Positions 42,890 through 52,879 of a stretch of DNA of 64,000 nt are shown here, one piece after another; positions within the stretch are counted from its first letter, which is position 1; each line of letters begins with the position of its first letter. Both the position numbers and the translations under genes were made by a program. The stretch covers positions 800,001-864,000 of the forward strand of contig CAVPIB010000001.1 in NCBI GenBank assembly GCA_963704885.1. Direction: 5' to 3'. A model generated the notes under the pieces. The model did not search any database, was not told the DNA's origin, and worked only from the letters and a program-made list of their open reading frames with translations. The stretch comes from an uncultured Actinomycetes bacterium. GTDB taxonomy: Bacteria > Actinomycetota > UBA4738 > HRBIN12.

Positions 42890-44346
42890 GCCAGCCGGTC
42901 CAGCACGTTGCGCGTGATGCGTTCGACCACGGGGTCGCCGTGCTTCAAGCCGAACGACCAGTCGATCACGCCTGCGTTGAAGACCGTGCCCCCGCCGGGA
43001 ACCGTGAACGTCGCCATCACCGCGTGGTTGTCGGCTATGCGTTCGACGTGTTCGGGGGAAGCATCGCCGAAGAGCGCGGCCGCGACATGTTCCAGCTCGC
43101 CCGGCTCGTGGGCGTAGCGGGTGGGTTGCTCGTCCCGTGACCACAGGCGAGCGGGTGCGGTGGCCAAGATCTCGAGGCTCTCGGGCGCACCGTCCTCATG
43201 CGTTGGGAGCGCGATCCCGTCGCGCCACGTGAGAGCGCAGCCGTCCACCTCGTAGGCGACGATCGAATCCCGCACGCCGAACTCGTCGCCTTGCCCGAGG
43301 CCGGTCCCCTCGAGCGCCCAGTGGTCGGGCCGCTGCACCGTGTAGCCGCCGGAGGCACGCGGCGCGCCCATGCCGTAGCGGGAGTAGCCGCCACGCGTGA
43401 ACGTGAGACCGGTCGTGGACGTCTCGGGGCGGCCTACCCGCCGGTCCGACCACGCGCCGGACAGCAACCGTTCATCGGGCGTACCGAGGACCGGGTCGTC
43501 GGGGTCCGCCCGGTACTTGAAGCAGGTCATCGCCCGACCGTCGTCCTCGAACCGGATCTGCCAGAAGCAGGTGTTGCCGCTGAAGATCGCAGCGTTCCCA
43601 CCCCGAGCGACGAACGTATCCAGCGCGTCCCGCATGCCCCACGACCAGTACTCGTCGTGGCCGACGTGCAGCGTCAACCGGCGGCCGTCGAGCAGATCCG
43701 GGTGTGCTTCCAGATCATGGGACGTCGCGACGTCGATGCGGTAGCCGTTCGCCTCGGTCCAGTGCAAGAACGGGCGCTCCCAGTTCCACCAGCCCGCGCC
43801 GCCGCTCCAGTCGGACAGCCCGAGCGGTCGCACCCAGTTCCGGTAGCCCATGGCCTCGCGATCGAGCTCGGTCTGCATCATCCGACCGATCGGCTCGGGC
43901 TTCACCAGGAACCCCTTCGCGAACGGACGCTCGAACGAGACTCGTGTGCCGCCGGTGTAGAGCGAAGGTCCACCCCAGTCGTTGTAGGCGTTCCAGGTGG
44001 TGGTGGCTAGGACGAGGAGGATCGCTGCCGGGTCATCGGCGTCCGGCCGGATGACGAAGCAGGCGTCGGCGCGTTCGTCGCCGGCGGCGACGGTCACCGC
44101 GTAGTAGCCGGATCGCAGTCCGTCGGTCGGGATCTCCACGGTTACCGGCCAGCCACAGCCGTTAGAGCTCGCGTCGCCGGGCGTGTCGTGGGGATCGGTT
44201 CGGACGCCCTCCGCTCGGAACACGACCTCAGGGTCGACGCTGTCGCGCGTGGCCTCCACGTGGACGGTTGCGGAGTCGCTGGAGATGCGAAGCTCCGCCG
44301 GGTCGCCTGGCGTCTTCGACAGGGGCCAGCAGTACGCCTCGAGCAT
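42886..44346 (-). CDS. N,N-dimethylformamidase beta-subunit-like protein
   Basis: LRSGYY, TTWNAYNDWGG.SLY, VSFERP, GHDEYWS, FSGN, YEVDG, VFNAG..W. Confidence 0.85.
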   Translation of the reverse strand: MLEAYCWPLSKTPGDPAELRISSDSATVHVEATRDSVDPEVVFRAEGVRTDPHDTPGDASSNGCGWPVTVEIPTDGLRSGYYAVTVAAGDERADACFVIRPDADDPAAILLVLATTTWNAYNDWGGPSLYTGGTRVSFERPFAKGFLVKPEPIGRMMQTELDREAMGYRNWVRPLGLSDWSGGAGWWNWERPFLHWTEANGYRIDVATSHDLEAHPDLLDGRRLTLHVGHDEYWSWGMRDALDTFVARGGNAAIFSGNTCFWQIRFEDDGRAMTCFKYRADPDDPVLGTPDERLLSGAWSDRRVGRPETSTTGLTFTRGGYSRYGMGAPRASGGYTVQRPDHWALEGTGLGQGDEFGVRDSIVAYEVDGCALTWRDGIALPTHEDGAPESLEILATAPARLWSRDEQPTRYAHEPGELEHVAAALFGDASPEHVERIADNHAVMATFTVPGGGTVFNAGVIDWSFGLKHGDPVVERITRNVLDRLA

Positions 44347-44355
44347 GGAACGAGT

Positions 44356-45723
44356 CTAGTGAGCGCCGGCCACGCGATAGAGGTGCCAGCGGTCCGGGAT
44401 GCCCTTCAGCTCATGTTCGCCGGCGTCGTCGAACCTGAGGCCGGAGCCCGAGACCAGGTCCCTCACCGTCTGAGAGACAAGGACCTCGGACGGGGCCGCG
44501 AGCGACGCGATCCTGGCGCCGACGTTCACGGCGATCCCGCCGACCTTGCCCGCGATCGTCTCGACCTCACCAGTGTGCACGCCTGCCCTCACCTCTAGCC
44601 CCATCTCCTGAACCGCATCGCCGATGGCTTCGGCGCACCGGACCGCGCGCGCGGGGCCGTCGAACGTGGCGAAGAACCCGTCGCCGGCAGTGTCGACTTC
44701 CTTGCCGCGGAACCGGCCGAGCAGCGCCCGCACGGCGCCGTGATGCCGCTCGACCAGGTCGCCCCAGCCGCGATCGCCCAGCTCAGCGGCCTTAGCCGTA
44801 GATCCGACGATGTCGGTGAACATCACGGTTGCCAGGACCCTGTCGAGGTCGGCCTCAGCGTCGCGAACCTCGGCGACGAACGGCTCGATCTCGCCGAGCA
44901 GTTGATCCTGGTCGCCGACCCAGAAGAAGTGATCCGCACCGGGGAACGAGACGAACCTTGCACCATGGATCTGCTCGGCCATCCACTTGGTCTCTTCGAG
45001 GGGGAACGCGAGGTCGCCATCGCGGGCCAGTACGAGCGTCGGGACGTGGATGGCCGGCAACGCGGGGCGCACATCGATCCCGCGGTTCATCCGGGCCAAG
45101 GCCATCGCGGCGCCTGGGCTCGCCGCGTGCCGCAGGTAGTCCGCGAGCCAGCCGATCGCGTCGTCGTCGTCGGCAAGGCTCGGCGCTCCCCAGCCACGCA
45201 TCTCTTGCCCCGCGAACTCCCGCGTACCCCAATCGCGCTCGTAACGTTGAACCGTCTCCTCGAACCTCTCGTCGGTGGATGCCGGCCAGGCGTAGTCGGC
45301 TGCGGGCGTCCAGGCTGCGCCGGTGCCGAACAAGACGAGGGCTATCGAGCGCTCCGGGTACGTCGCGGCGAAGAGCGTCGCCATCGGCCCACCCTCGGAC
45401 ATCCCCAGTACCACAGCACGTTCCGAGCCGACAGCGTCCATGACGGCCCTGGCGTCGTCCATCCGGACCTCGAGCGACGGGAGCCGGTCGTCCGACACGC
45501 GGTCCGAGAGCCCCATGCCTCGCTTGTCGAACAGGATCAGACGCGAGAACGATGCCAGCCTGTTGAGGAATCTGGCGAGCGAAGGCTCTGCCCACATCAG
45601 CTCGATATGACTCGTCCAGCCCATCACGAACACGATGTCGACCGGTCCGTCGCCCACGACCTCGTAGGCGATGTGCACGCCGTCCGCCGTCTTCGCGTAT
45701 CGGGTCTCAGGGGGGTGTGTCAC
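44356..45723 (-). CDS. Alpha/beta hydrolase-class III nucleotide cyclase fusion (LipJ/Rv1900c-like), copy 1
   Basis: PETRYAK, FDKRGMGLSD, GMSEGG, FTDIVGST, AGDGFF, RAGVHTGE, GARI, ELKG. Confidence 0.92.
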   Translation of the reverse strand: MTHPPETRYAKTADGVHIAYEVVGDGPVDIVFVMGWTSHIELMWAEPSLARFLNRLASFSRLILFDKRGMGLSDRVSDDRLPSLEVRMDDARAVMDAVGSERAVVLGMSEGGPMATLFAATYPERSIALVLFGTGAAWTPAADYAWPASTDERFEETVQRYERDWGTREFAGQEMRGWGAPSLADDDDAIGWLADYLRHAASPGAAMALARMNRGIDVRPALPAIHVPTLVLARDGDLAFPLEETKWMAEQIHGARFVSFPGADHFFWVGDQDQLLGEIEPFVAEVRDAEADLDRVLATVMFTDIVGSTAKAAELGDRGWGDLVERHHGAVRALLGRFRGKEVDTAGDGFFATFDGPARAVRCAEAIGDAVQEMGLEVRAGVHTGEVETIAGKVGGIAVNVGARIASLAAPSEVLVSQTVRDLVSGSGLRFDDAGEHELKGIPDRWHLYRVAGAH

Positions 45724-45724
45724 G

Positions 45725-46489
45725 TCAAACCACCATCGTGCCGCCGTCGACGATCAGCTCGATCCCGGTTATGTAAGAGGCTTCATCGCTCGCCAGGAAC
45801 AGCGCGGCGTTCACGACGTCGCGCGCCGTGCCGAGCCGGCCGAGCGGGATCGCGGCGCGCGCAGCCTCGACCCAAGCGGCGTCGCTCGTGCGGACCGTCT
45901 GCAACGGCGTCTCCACGAAGCCGGGGTGTATGCAGTTCGCGCGAACACCCTTCGACGCGAACTGCACCGCGAGCGACCGGGTGAGCGAGATCACCGCGCC
46001 CTTGCTGGCCGAATACGCGTCCTGCGGGACCGTGTCGCCGAGCAACGCCGAGAGCGAGCCGACGTTCACGATCGCGCCCCCGCCCGCACGGATCAGCTCC
46101 GGGACGCCGTACTTGCAGACCCAGACCATCCCTTTGAGGTTGATCGCCATAACGCGATCCCAGACGGCTTCGTCCGTCTCGAGCACGCCCAGGTCCCGGT
46201 CTCGCCAGAGCACCCCCGCGTTGTTGTAGAGGACGTGGAGCGCCCCGAACCGCTCGACCGCAGCCCCGATCGCCTCTCGGACCTGCCGCTCATCGGCCAC
46301 GTCGGCGACGAGTGTCTCGATGTCACCACCGCGCTCGCGGACCGCCAAGGCGGTCGTGTCCAGGCCTTCAGCGTCCACATCGAGGGCCACGATCCGCGCG
46401 CCCTCGGATGCGAACACGGCGCAGGCATCGCGGCCCATGCCGCTGCCGGCTCCGGTGATGAGCGCCATCTTCCCCTCGAGCCTGCCCAT
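45725..46489 (-). CDS. Short-chain dehydrogenase/reductase (SDR)
   Basis: TGAGSGMG, NNAG, YSASK, N.IHPG, YITG..L.VDGG; ATG 46489 (TGATG overlap). Confidence 0.93.
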   Translation of the reverse strand: MGRLEGKMALITGAGSGMGRDACAVFASEGARIVALDVDAEGLDTTALAVRERGGDIETLVADVADERQVREAIGAAVERFGALHVLYNNAGVLWRDRDLGVLETDEAVWDRVMAINLKGMVWVCKYGVPELIRAGGGAIVNVGSLSALLGDTVPQDAYSASKGAVISLTRSLAVQFASKGVRANCIHPGFVETPLQTVRTSDAAWVEAARAAIPLGRLGTARDVVNAALFLASDEASYITGIELIVDGGTMVV

Positions 46490-47820
46490 CAGCCCACCAC
46501 CCGATAGAGTCGCCAACGGTCGGGGACGCCCTTCAACTCGTGCTCGCCGGCGTCTTCGAACCTGAGGCCGCTACCCGCGGTCAAATCCTTCACGGTCTGC
46601 GAGACCAAGACCTCAGACGGTCCCGCGTTCGCCATCACCCTGGCCCCGATCGAGACCGACAGACCGCTGCACTTGCCGTCGACGAGCTCGCATTCGCCGG
46701 TGTGGAGGCCGGCGCGGACCTCGATCCCCAGCGCTCGGACCGCGATCACGATCTCCTCCGCGCATCGGATCGCACGCGCGGGACCGTCGAATCGGACGTA
46801 GAAGCCATCGCCCGCGGTGTCTTGCTCCAGCCCTCGGAACCGCTCGAGGAGATCGCGGACCGCGGCGTGGTGCCGATCCATGAGCTCCTTCCACGCACGA
46901 TCGCCCAACGACGCCTGCAGCTCGGTCGAGCCGACGATGTCCGTGAACAGCACGGTGGCCAGGATGGTGTCGGACACATGTGCGGGCGGGGCCCCTGTGA
47001 CGAACGCCTCCACTTCGTCGAGCAACGCGTCGGCATCGCCGGCGAACGGGATGTGGTCCACTCCCGGCAGCTCTACATAGCGCGCCCCCTCGATCTGCTC
47101 GGCGACGTATCTCCCTTGTTCGGCGGAGGTGATCGCGTCGCCGGCGCGCTGTAGCACTAGCGTTGGGACGTGGATCGCCGGCAGCACCGAGCGGACGTCC
47201 ATGTCCGAGAAGACCCTTGCGAGCTCCTCGTAGCCGCTCGGACTGGCGACCAATCGTTCGAACCTGGCCCACCAACGCGTGAAGCGCTCGTCGTCCGCGA
47301 GGGATGGAGCCTGCAGCTCGAGGTTGCGGCCCGTGCCCATCTCGCGCACGAACCTTTCGAAGAATGCAGCTTGTTGCGCAGGGGTTCGACCGTACTGGAA
47401 GCCGTCGGAAGCGACGGTCTTCGCGACCGGTGCGTACACGATCAGCGCGTCCGTGCGATCGGGGTGCGTGGCGGCGAACAGCATGGCCATGGTGGCGGCT
47501 CTGGCCACTCCGAACACGGTCGCGGTCGACGAATCGGCCGCGTCCATCACGGCGGCCAGGTCATCGCGCTGCAGCTCGAGGACGGGGGGCTCCGGTCCGC
47601 GGTCCGAACAACCGACTCCCCGCATGTCCAACAAGATCAAACGAGAGAACGAAGCGAGCCGATCCAGGAAGCGCGCCCACGGAGGGTGCTCCCACATGAG
47701 CTCGACGTTGGACCAGATCCCGTTCGCGAACACGAGGTCGGTGGGCCCGTGGCCGATCACCTGGAAGGCGATCGACGTCCCGTCGGGCGCCTTCGCGTAT
47801 CGGGTCTCCGGAGTATCCAC
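46489..47820 (-). CDS. Alpha/beta hydrolase-class III nucleotide cyclase fusion (LipJ-like), copy 2, hydrolase nucleophile lost
   Basis: PETRYAK, DMRGVGCSD, GVARA in place of GxSxG, FTDIVGST, AGDGFY, GARV; GTG 47820. Confidence 0.9.
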   Translation of the reverse strand: MDTPETRYAKAPDGTSIAFQVIGHGPTDLVFANGIWSNVELMWEHPPWARFLDRLASFSRLILLDMRGVGCSDRGPEPPVLELQRDDLAAVMDAADSSTATVFGVARAATMAMLFAATHPDRTDALIVYAPVAKTVASDGFQYGRTPAQQAAFFERFVREMGTGRNLELQAPSLADDERFTRWWARFERLVASPSGYEELARVFSDMDVRSVLPAIHVPTLVLQRAGDAITSAEQGRYVAEQIEGARYVELPGVDHIPFAGDADALLDEVEAFVTGAPPAHVSDTILATVLFTDIVGSTELQASLGDRAWKELMDRHHAAVRDLLERFRGLEQDTAGDGFYVRFDGPARAIRCAEEIVIAVRALGIEVRAGLHTGECELVDGKCSGLSVSIGARVMANAGPSEVLVSQTVKDLTAGSGLRFEDAGEHELKGVPDRWRLYRVVG

Positions 47821-47880
47821 GCGGGCATCTTCCGCTGTAGGTCGTTCGGGCCGCAACCTGCGGTTCGCTAGACTGCCGCG

Positions 47881-48288
47881 ATGGCTGAGGGGAAGTTCCG
47901 TGTCGTGGTGGCTAAGCCCGGGTTGGACGGGCACGACCGGGGGGCCAAGGTCGTCGCTCGGGCCCTACGTGACGCGGGGTTCGAGGTGATCTACACCGGC
48001 CTGCGCCAGACGCCCGAACAGATCGCGGAGACCACCGTCCAGGAGGATGCCGACGCTGTCGGGCTCTCGTGTCACTCGGGCGCGCACATGACTCTCTTCC
48101 CGCGCGTCGTCGTGCAGCTGCGCGAACGCGGGGCGGGCGAGGTCCTGGTCTTCGGCGGCGGCGTGATCCCCGCCGACGACATACCCAAGCTCGAGGAGGC
48201 CGGCATAGAGAAGATCTTCACGCCCGGCGCCTCCACGGTGGACATCGCGGCCTGGCTCCGCGAACGGCTAGAGCGCGGGAACGCCTGA
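47881..48288 (+). CDS. Cobalamin-binding domain protein (methylmalonyl-CoA mutase C-terminal subunit)
   Basis: [33 protein letters not shown]. Confidence 0.93.
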   Translation: MAEGKFRVVVAKPGLDGHDRGAKVVARALRDAGFEVIYTGLRQTPEQIAETTVQEDADAVGLSCHSGAHMTLFPRVVVQLRERGAGEVLVFGGGVIPADDIPKLEEAGIEKIFTPGASTVDIAAWLRERLERGNA

Positions 48289-49434
48289 GTGGATCTGTAC
48301 GAGCACCAAGGGAAGGACGTCTTCCGTTCGCATGGCATCCCCACGCCGCGTGGGATCGTGGCCACCACTGCGGAGGAGGCCGCCGAGGCCACGCGCGAGC
48401 TGGGCGGGCGCTCGGTCGTGAAGGTCCAGGTCCAGATCGGAGGACGCGGCAAGGGCGGTGGCGTAGTGCTGGTCGACTCGCCGGAGCGCGCCGCCGAGGA
48501 GGCCGAACGCATGCTCCGCGACGGCTTCAAGGACATGCCGGTCACGCGGGTGCTCGTCGAGGAGCTGCTGCCGATCGCGCAGGAGTTCTACACGTCGCTC
48601 GTGCTGGATCGTTCGGCTGGGGACTATCTGGCCCTCATGACGGCCGAGGGCGGCGTGGACATCGAGGAGCTGGCCGCAACCCGTCCCGAGGCGATCCGCC
48701 GTGTCCACGTGGACCCCATGCTCGGCCTTCGCATGTACCACGTGCGTGAGCTGACGGGAACGCTTCCGCCCCAGGCGCGCGAGGGAGCCGCCGACGTCCT
48801 GCGCAAGCTAGCAGCCATCCTGGCCGAACGCGACGCCACGCTCTTAGAGGTGAACCCGCTCGTCTTGCTGGAGGACGGCCAGGTGATCGCGCTCGACGCC
48901 AAGGTCACGATCGACGACAACGCCCTCTGGCGTCAGCCCGATCTGGAAGAGCTGAAGTCGTCGTTCCCGATCGATCCGGTCGAGGCCCGTGCGACGGCCG
49001 CGGGACTGCAGTACGTGAAGCTCGAGGGCGAGGTAGGGATCATCGGTAACGGCGCCGGATTGGTCATGTCGACGTTGGACGTGGTGGCCCAGGCCGGCGC
49101 CAAGGCTGCGAACTTCTTGGACGTGGGCGGCGGCGCGTCGGCCGACCTGATGGCGACCTCCTTGGAAGTGATCCTGTCGGACCCGGCCGTCAAGGCCGTG
49201 TTGATCAACATCTTCGGCGGCATCACGCGCTGTGACCTTGTGGCGCAGGGCATCCTGGAGGCGCTCGCCCGGATCGACGCGAACGTTCCGATCGTGGTCC
49301 GCCTGGACGGGACCAACGCGCGAGTAGGCCGGGAGATCTTGAAGGAAGCGGCTCACCCTCGGATCGTGACGGCAGCCACCATGTTGGAGGCTGCTAGAAA
49401 GGCGGCCGATCTGGCGAAGGGCGCCGCCTCATGA
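48289..49434 (+). CDS. sucC: Succinyl-CoA synthetase beta subunit
   Basis: [42 protein letters not shown]. Confidence 0.97.
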   Translation: MDLYEHQGKDVFRSHGIPTPRGIVATTAEEAAEATRELGGRSVVKVQVQIGGRGKGGGVVLVDSPERAAEEAERMLRDGFKDMPVTRVLVEELLPIAQEFYTSLVLDRSAGDYLALMTAEGGVDIEELAATRPEAIRRVHVDPMLGLRMYHVRELTGTLPPQAREGAADVLRKLAAILAERDATLLEVNPLVLLEDGQVIALDAKVTIDDNALWRQPDLEELKSSFPIDPVEARATAAGLQYVKLEGEVGIIGNGAGLVMSTLDVVAQAGAKAANFLDVGGGASADLMATSLEVILSDPAVKAVLINIFGGITRCDLVAQGILEALARIDANVPIVVRLDGTNARVGREILKEAAHPRIVTAATMLEAARKAADLAKGAAS

Positions 49435-50300
49435 GCGTGCTGGTCGGCGCCGACACGAAGTTAGTGGTCCAGGGCATCACCGGCCGCGAGGGGACGTTCC
49501 ACACGCTCCGCAACCGCGCTTACGGGACGCGGGTCGTGGCCGGCGTCACGCCGGGCAAGGCAGGTGAAGACGTGGAGGGGATCCCTGTGTTCGACACGGT
49601 GATGGACGCCGTCCGAGAGACCGGGGCGAACACCTCGATGATCTTCGTGCCTCCACGGTTCGCGGCCGAGGCCATCTTGGAGGCCGCCGACGCCGGGATC
49701 GCGCTCGTCGTCTGCATAACCGAGGGCATCCCGGTCCGCGACATGGCGAACGTCCACAGCTACCTGAAGGGTGTGTCTACCACGCTGGTCGGTCCCAATT
49801 GCCCCGGCGTGATCTCGCCCGGCTCGGCGAACGTGGGCATCATCCCTGGTGAGATATGTGCGCCCGGACGCGTTGGTCTGGTGAGTCGGTCCGGGACGCT
49901 CGTCTACCAGATCGTGCACGAACTCACGCAGCTGGGGCTCGGCCAGTCGACCTGCGTGGGCATGGGCGGCGACCCGGTGCACGGCATCGGGTTCATCGAG
50001 TCGCTCGCCGCGTTCCAGGCCGATGATGCAACCGACCTGGTGGTCATGGTCGGGGAGATCGGCGGCGACGACGAGGAACGAGCGGCTGGATATATCGCCG
50101 ATCACGTGAGCAAGCCCGTGGTCGGATACATCGCGGGGTTCGAGGCACCGCCGGGTAAGCGTATGGGCCACGCGGGCGCGATCGTCACCGGCTCGAAGGG
50201 CACGGCCGCCGCGAAGGCCGAGGCGCTGGAGGCGGCCGGCGTCCGCGTCGGTCGCACGCCTACGCAGGTGGCCGAGCTGGTGCAGGCGGCGCTGGGATGA
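49431..50300 (+). CDS. sucD: Succinyl-CoA synthetase alpha subunit
   Basis: QGITG, GPNCPG, SRSGTL, GEIGG, MGHAGA. Confidence 0.97.
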   Translation: MSVLVGADTKLVVQGITGREGTFHTLRNRAYGTRVVAGVTPGKAGEDVEGIPVFDTVMDAVRETGANTSMIFVPPRFAAEAILEAADAGIALVVCITEGIPVRDMANVHSYLKGVSTTLVGPNCPGVISPGSANVGIIPGEICAPGRVGLVSRSGTLVYQIVHELTQLGLGQSTCVGMGGDPVHGIGFIESLAAFQADDATDLVVMVGEIGGDDEERAAGYIADHVSKPVVGYIAGFEAPPGKRMGHAGAIVTGSKGTAAAKAEALEAAGVRVGRTPTQVAELVQAALG

Positions 50301-51586
50301 AGCCCGGGGCGCCGCCGGGTCCAGCGGCGCCGCTCGCAGGAGCCCGGCCCGCGTTCCCGTGGGCTATGGCTCTCGTGCGGGGATCCCTCGCCTTCCTGAC
50401 CGTGGCGCTGGCGGCACAGCTGATCGCGTTCGCGATGGGACTCGTTCGGGGCGGCCTGGCCACGACCACGGTCGCGAAGCTCGGTTGGTTCTACGCCCTA
50501 GCCTTCCATCGAGTGCCGATCGAGGTCGATGGGCCGTCGTTCGGCTATCGGGTATCGGTCGCGTTCCTCACCGGGACGGCGCTCGCGCTCTGGGTCGGTT
50601 ACCGGCATGGACGCGCGATCGGCCGGCGGGTCGAAGTACGGGGTCGATGGGCGGCGCCGGCCGCCGTCGCGGTGTTCGCCGTGGCGTACGCCGTTCCCTT
50701 CGGCCTGCTGACTCGAGTGGTGAGACTCGAGGTCGGCGCCGGATCCCAGCTGCTGGGGCTGGATGGTGTTCGCCTGCAGGGCCTAGCCGTCCAGGCGTTC
50801 GTCCTGCCGCTGCTACTTGCGTCGGGAGCCGGCGCCGTAGGCATGCTCATGGTGGTGCTCCCGTCGAGCTCTCGTGCCCGGACGGCCCTCGTCGAAGGAT
50901 GGCGGATGTTCTGCGTGGCCCTGGGGTTCTCATTGGTCGGACTCTTGGTTCTGGCCTCGGTGCGTCCGGCCGGCCTCGCGACCTATGCGCGCGCCCTGAC
51001 AGGCCATGGCCTGGGCACCGATGCGCTCCTTCTGGGCCACCAGGCGCTGTTGCTGCCGAACCAGGCCCTCTTCGTCCTGGTGCCGTCGATGGGTGGCTGC
51101 GTGGGCCTGCACGGCGCCACGTCCTGGGACCCCATCGCTTGCCTGGGGCATCTTCCGCGACTTGAGGATGCCTACCTTCTGCTCTCCGCCGATACCCCGG
51201 GTCGCGTCGCGCGGTCCTCCTCCCTCTCGCGGGCGATGCCGACCGCGTATCTCCTGTTCCTGCTCGTGCCCCTTTCCGCCACGGCGTGGGTCGGACGCAC
51301 GATCCGATCGTCAACGCGAGACGTCAACAGGTGGACAACGACCCTGATCGCCACGGGAGCGGTCTTCGCGATCTGCACCGGGGTCGGGTCGTGGTTCGCG
51401 GGCGTCACCTTGATGGACACATCAAGGCCCCGGTCATGGAGCGTCACGCTGGGGGCTAGGTTCCTGTCTACGGCGCTGATCGCGCTGGCTTGGGGCCTAG
51501 GCGGCGGCGCGGTCGGTGGGCTGCTGGCGCGACGTCAGGAGGCGGCCGGTCCGGAAGACCCTCCGCCCAGCCCGACCTCTGAGTAG
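50297..51586 (+). CDS. Polytopic membrane protein (position of PerM/DUF6350 in actinobacteria)
   Basis: About 9-10 hydrophobic segments; ATGA-coupled to sucD; lies between sucD and purN. Confidence 0.65.
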   Translation: MKPGAPPGPAAPLAGARPAFPWAMALVRGSLAFLTVALAAQLIAFAMGLVRGGLATTTVAKLGWFYALAFHRVPIEVDGPSFGYRVSVAFLTGTALALWVGYRHGRAIGRRVEVRGRWAAPAAVAVFAVAYAVPFGLLTRVVRLEVGAGSQLLGLDGVRLQGLAVQAFVLPLLLASGAGAVGMLMVVLPSSSRARTALVEGWRMFCVALGFSLVGLLVLASVRPAGLATYARALTGHGLGTDALLLGHQALLLPNQALFVLVPSMGGCVGLHGATSWDPIACLGHLPRLEDAYLLLSADTPGRVARSSSLSRAMPTAYLLFLLVPLSATAWVGRTIRSSTRDVNRWTTTLIATGAVFAICTGVGSWFAGVTLMDTSRPRSWSVTLGARFLSTALIALAWGLGGGAVGGLLARRQEAAGPEDPPPSPTSE

Positions 51587-52167
51587 TGGGTCTCGAGCTG
51601 GGTGAAACGCCGCCAGGCGGCGGCCCACCCAGCGTCGTCCCTCGCGAACCGCTCCATGGGTGAGTTGGGCGACTGCCGATCCCAGATGCCGAAGAAGGTC
51701 TGCCCGTAGCCCAGGAGGTAGCGCTGGCCCGAGTGCGTGTATTGCATGGCGTCGCTGTCACCGGGATCCGATGGGACGGCGCCGCCACTGGTCCCGCCCG
51801 GCACGGCCACGTTGTTCGGCTCGAGTCCTACGAACCTGGTCCACGCCTGACGCCAGCCCTCGTCCGTCCGTACGAAGCGCTCGGCCGGGGCGTTGGGTGA
51901 CTGCCGGTCCCAGATGCCGAAGTGGTCGCTTCCGAACCCCAGCACGTAGCGGTAGCCCGAGTGCGTGTAGCGCGTCGATGACTCCGCGGTCTGCGCGGCG
52001 ACCGGGGCGGTGGCGGTCTCAGCAGCGGTCGTCGCCGGCGTCGGCTCCGGGGTGGCGGCCGTCTGCGTCGAAGCGGCCGGCGGGGGGACCGTCAGGTCGC
52101 TGTGGCAGTAACGACATCTGATCGCTTCGTCCTGGATCTCTTCCGCGCAGTAGGGGCACTTCTTCAC
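51535..52167 (-). CDS. Zinc-ribbon protein with a tandemly duplicated ~53-aa domain
   Basis: [20 protein letters not shown]; two copies of YTHSG.RY.LG.G...[23 protein letters not shown]. Confidence 0.85.
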   Translation of the reverse strand: MKKCPYCAEEIQDEAIRCRYCHSDLTVPPPAASTQTAATPEPTPATTAAETATAPVAAQTAESSTRYTHSGYRYVLGFGSDHFGIWDRQSPNAPAERFVRTDEGWRQAWTRFVGLEPNNVAVPGGTSGGAVPSDPGDSDAMQYTHSGQRYLLGYGQTFFGIWDRQSPNSPMERFARDDAGWAAAWRRFTQLETHYSEVGLGGGSSGPAAS

Positions 52168-52225
52168 GCTCGAACCTTTCGATCAGGCGACCTCTAAGGC
52201 TACCCCAGCGTGCCCCCGGGGACGA

Positions 52226-52258
52226 CGGAGCCCGGTCGCCTTCGGCGACCGGGCTCCG
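52226..52258. terminator. Perfect 15-bp hairpin, likely terminator of the 52280-52795 gene
   Basis: CGGAGCCCGGTCGCC-TTC-GGCGACCGGGCTCCG. Confidence 0.75.
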
Positions 52259-52279
52259 CGAGGTCTGGACGAGCGGTAC

Positions 52280-52795
52280 CTAGGCGCTGAAGCCGCCGTC
52301 ACCCCCGCTAGAGGGGGCAGGCGGCGCGGCGCTAGCCCCAGCCGGCTCCTGGAATCTCATCCATGATCCGTACGCCACCACGATCAGCAGGATGAGTCCG
52401 ATCCACGCACCGATCGCCGGCTCGTTCGTCACGACCAGCACGAACTTCAAGAGGCCGAAAGCCACGACGGCGAAGCCCAGGTACGCGGAGCCCTGTGAAG
52501 GCGTAACGCCGATCGACAGGTTCATCTGCATGTTCGAGAGCTGTACCGACTCCCAGATCAGCAACACGATCAGGAGGATCCCCATCAGGAGACCGGCGAA
52601 CCCGCCGCTGCCGCCCCAGGCGTTCGCCTTCGCGCAGATGTCCCCGAAGCCGCCCAGATCGCCGAGAACATCCGATGCGCAAACCTTCTGCCAAGAGAGG
52701 AAACTGTCCACGAGTAGCAGGATCCCCCCGACCAGCGTGATCTTGGTGGCCATCGACATGTTCTTCATGTCGAAGCCTCCCGATGACTTCTCCAT
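52280..52795 (-). CDS. Hypothetical 4-TM membrane protein
   Basis: SD AAAGGAG; SFLSWQ..C...C..NAW, four TM segments, Pro/Ala tail. Confidence 0.8.
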   Translation of the reverse strand: MEKSSGGFDMKNMSMATKITLVGGILLLVDSFLSWQKVCASDVLGDLGGFGDICAKANAWGGSGGFAGLLMGILLIVLLIWESVQLSNMQMNLSIGVTPSQGSAYLGFAVVAFGLLKFVLVVTNEPAIGAWIGLILLIVVAYGSWMRFQEPAGASAAPPAPSSGGDGGFSA

Positions 52796-52879
52796 CCTTG
52801 CTCCTTTCGAGCGCACGGCGGGTGACGCACTCCGAGTGCGCCGGAACGTCAACGATTCAAGCCCCTGCTCGGGGGCGAG

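Noticed and set aside
44356-47820. Pycsar/CBASS-type anti-phage system
   Set aside because: No TIR or TM cyclic-nucleotide-binding effector adjacent; the architecture is LipJ-like and the context metabolic.
52826-52840. CIRCE-like CGCACTC-C-GAGTGCG
   Set aside because: 1-nt spacer and no heat-shock gene; a simple palindrome.
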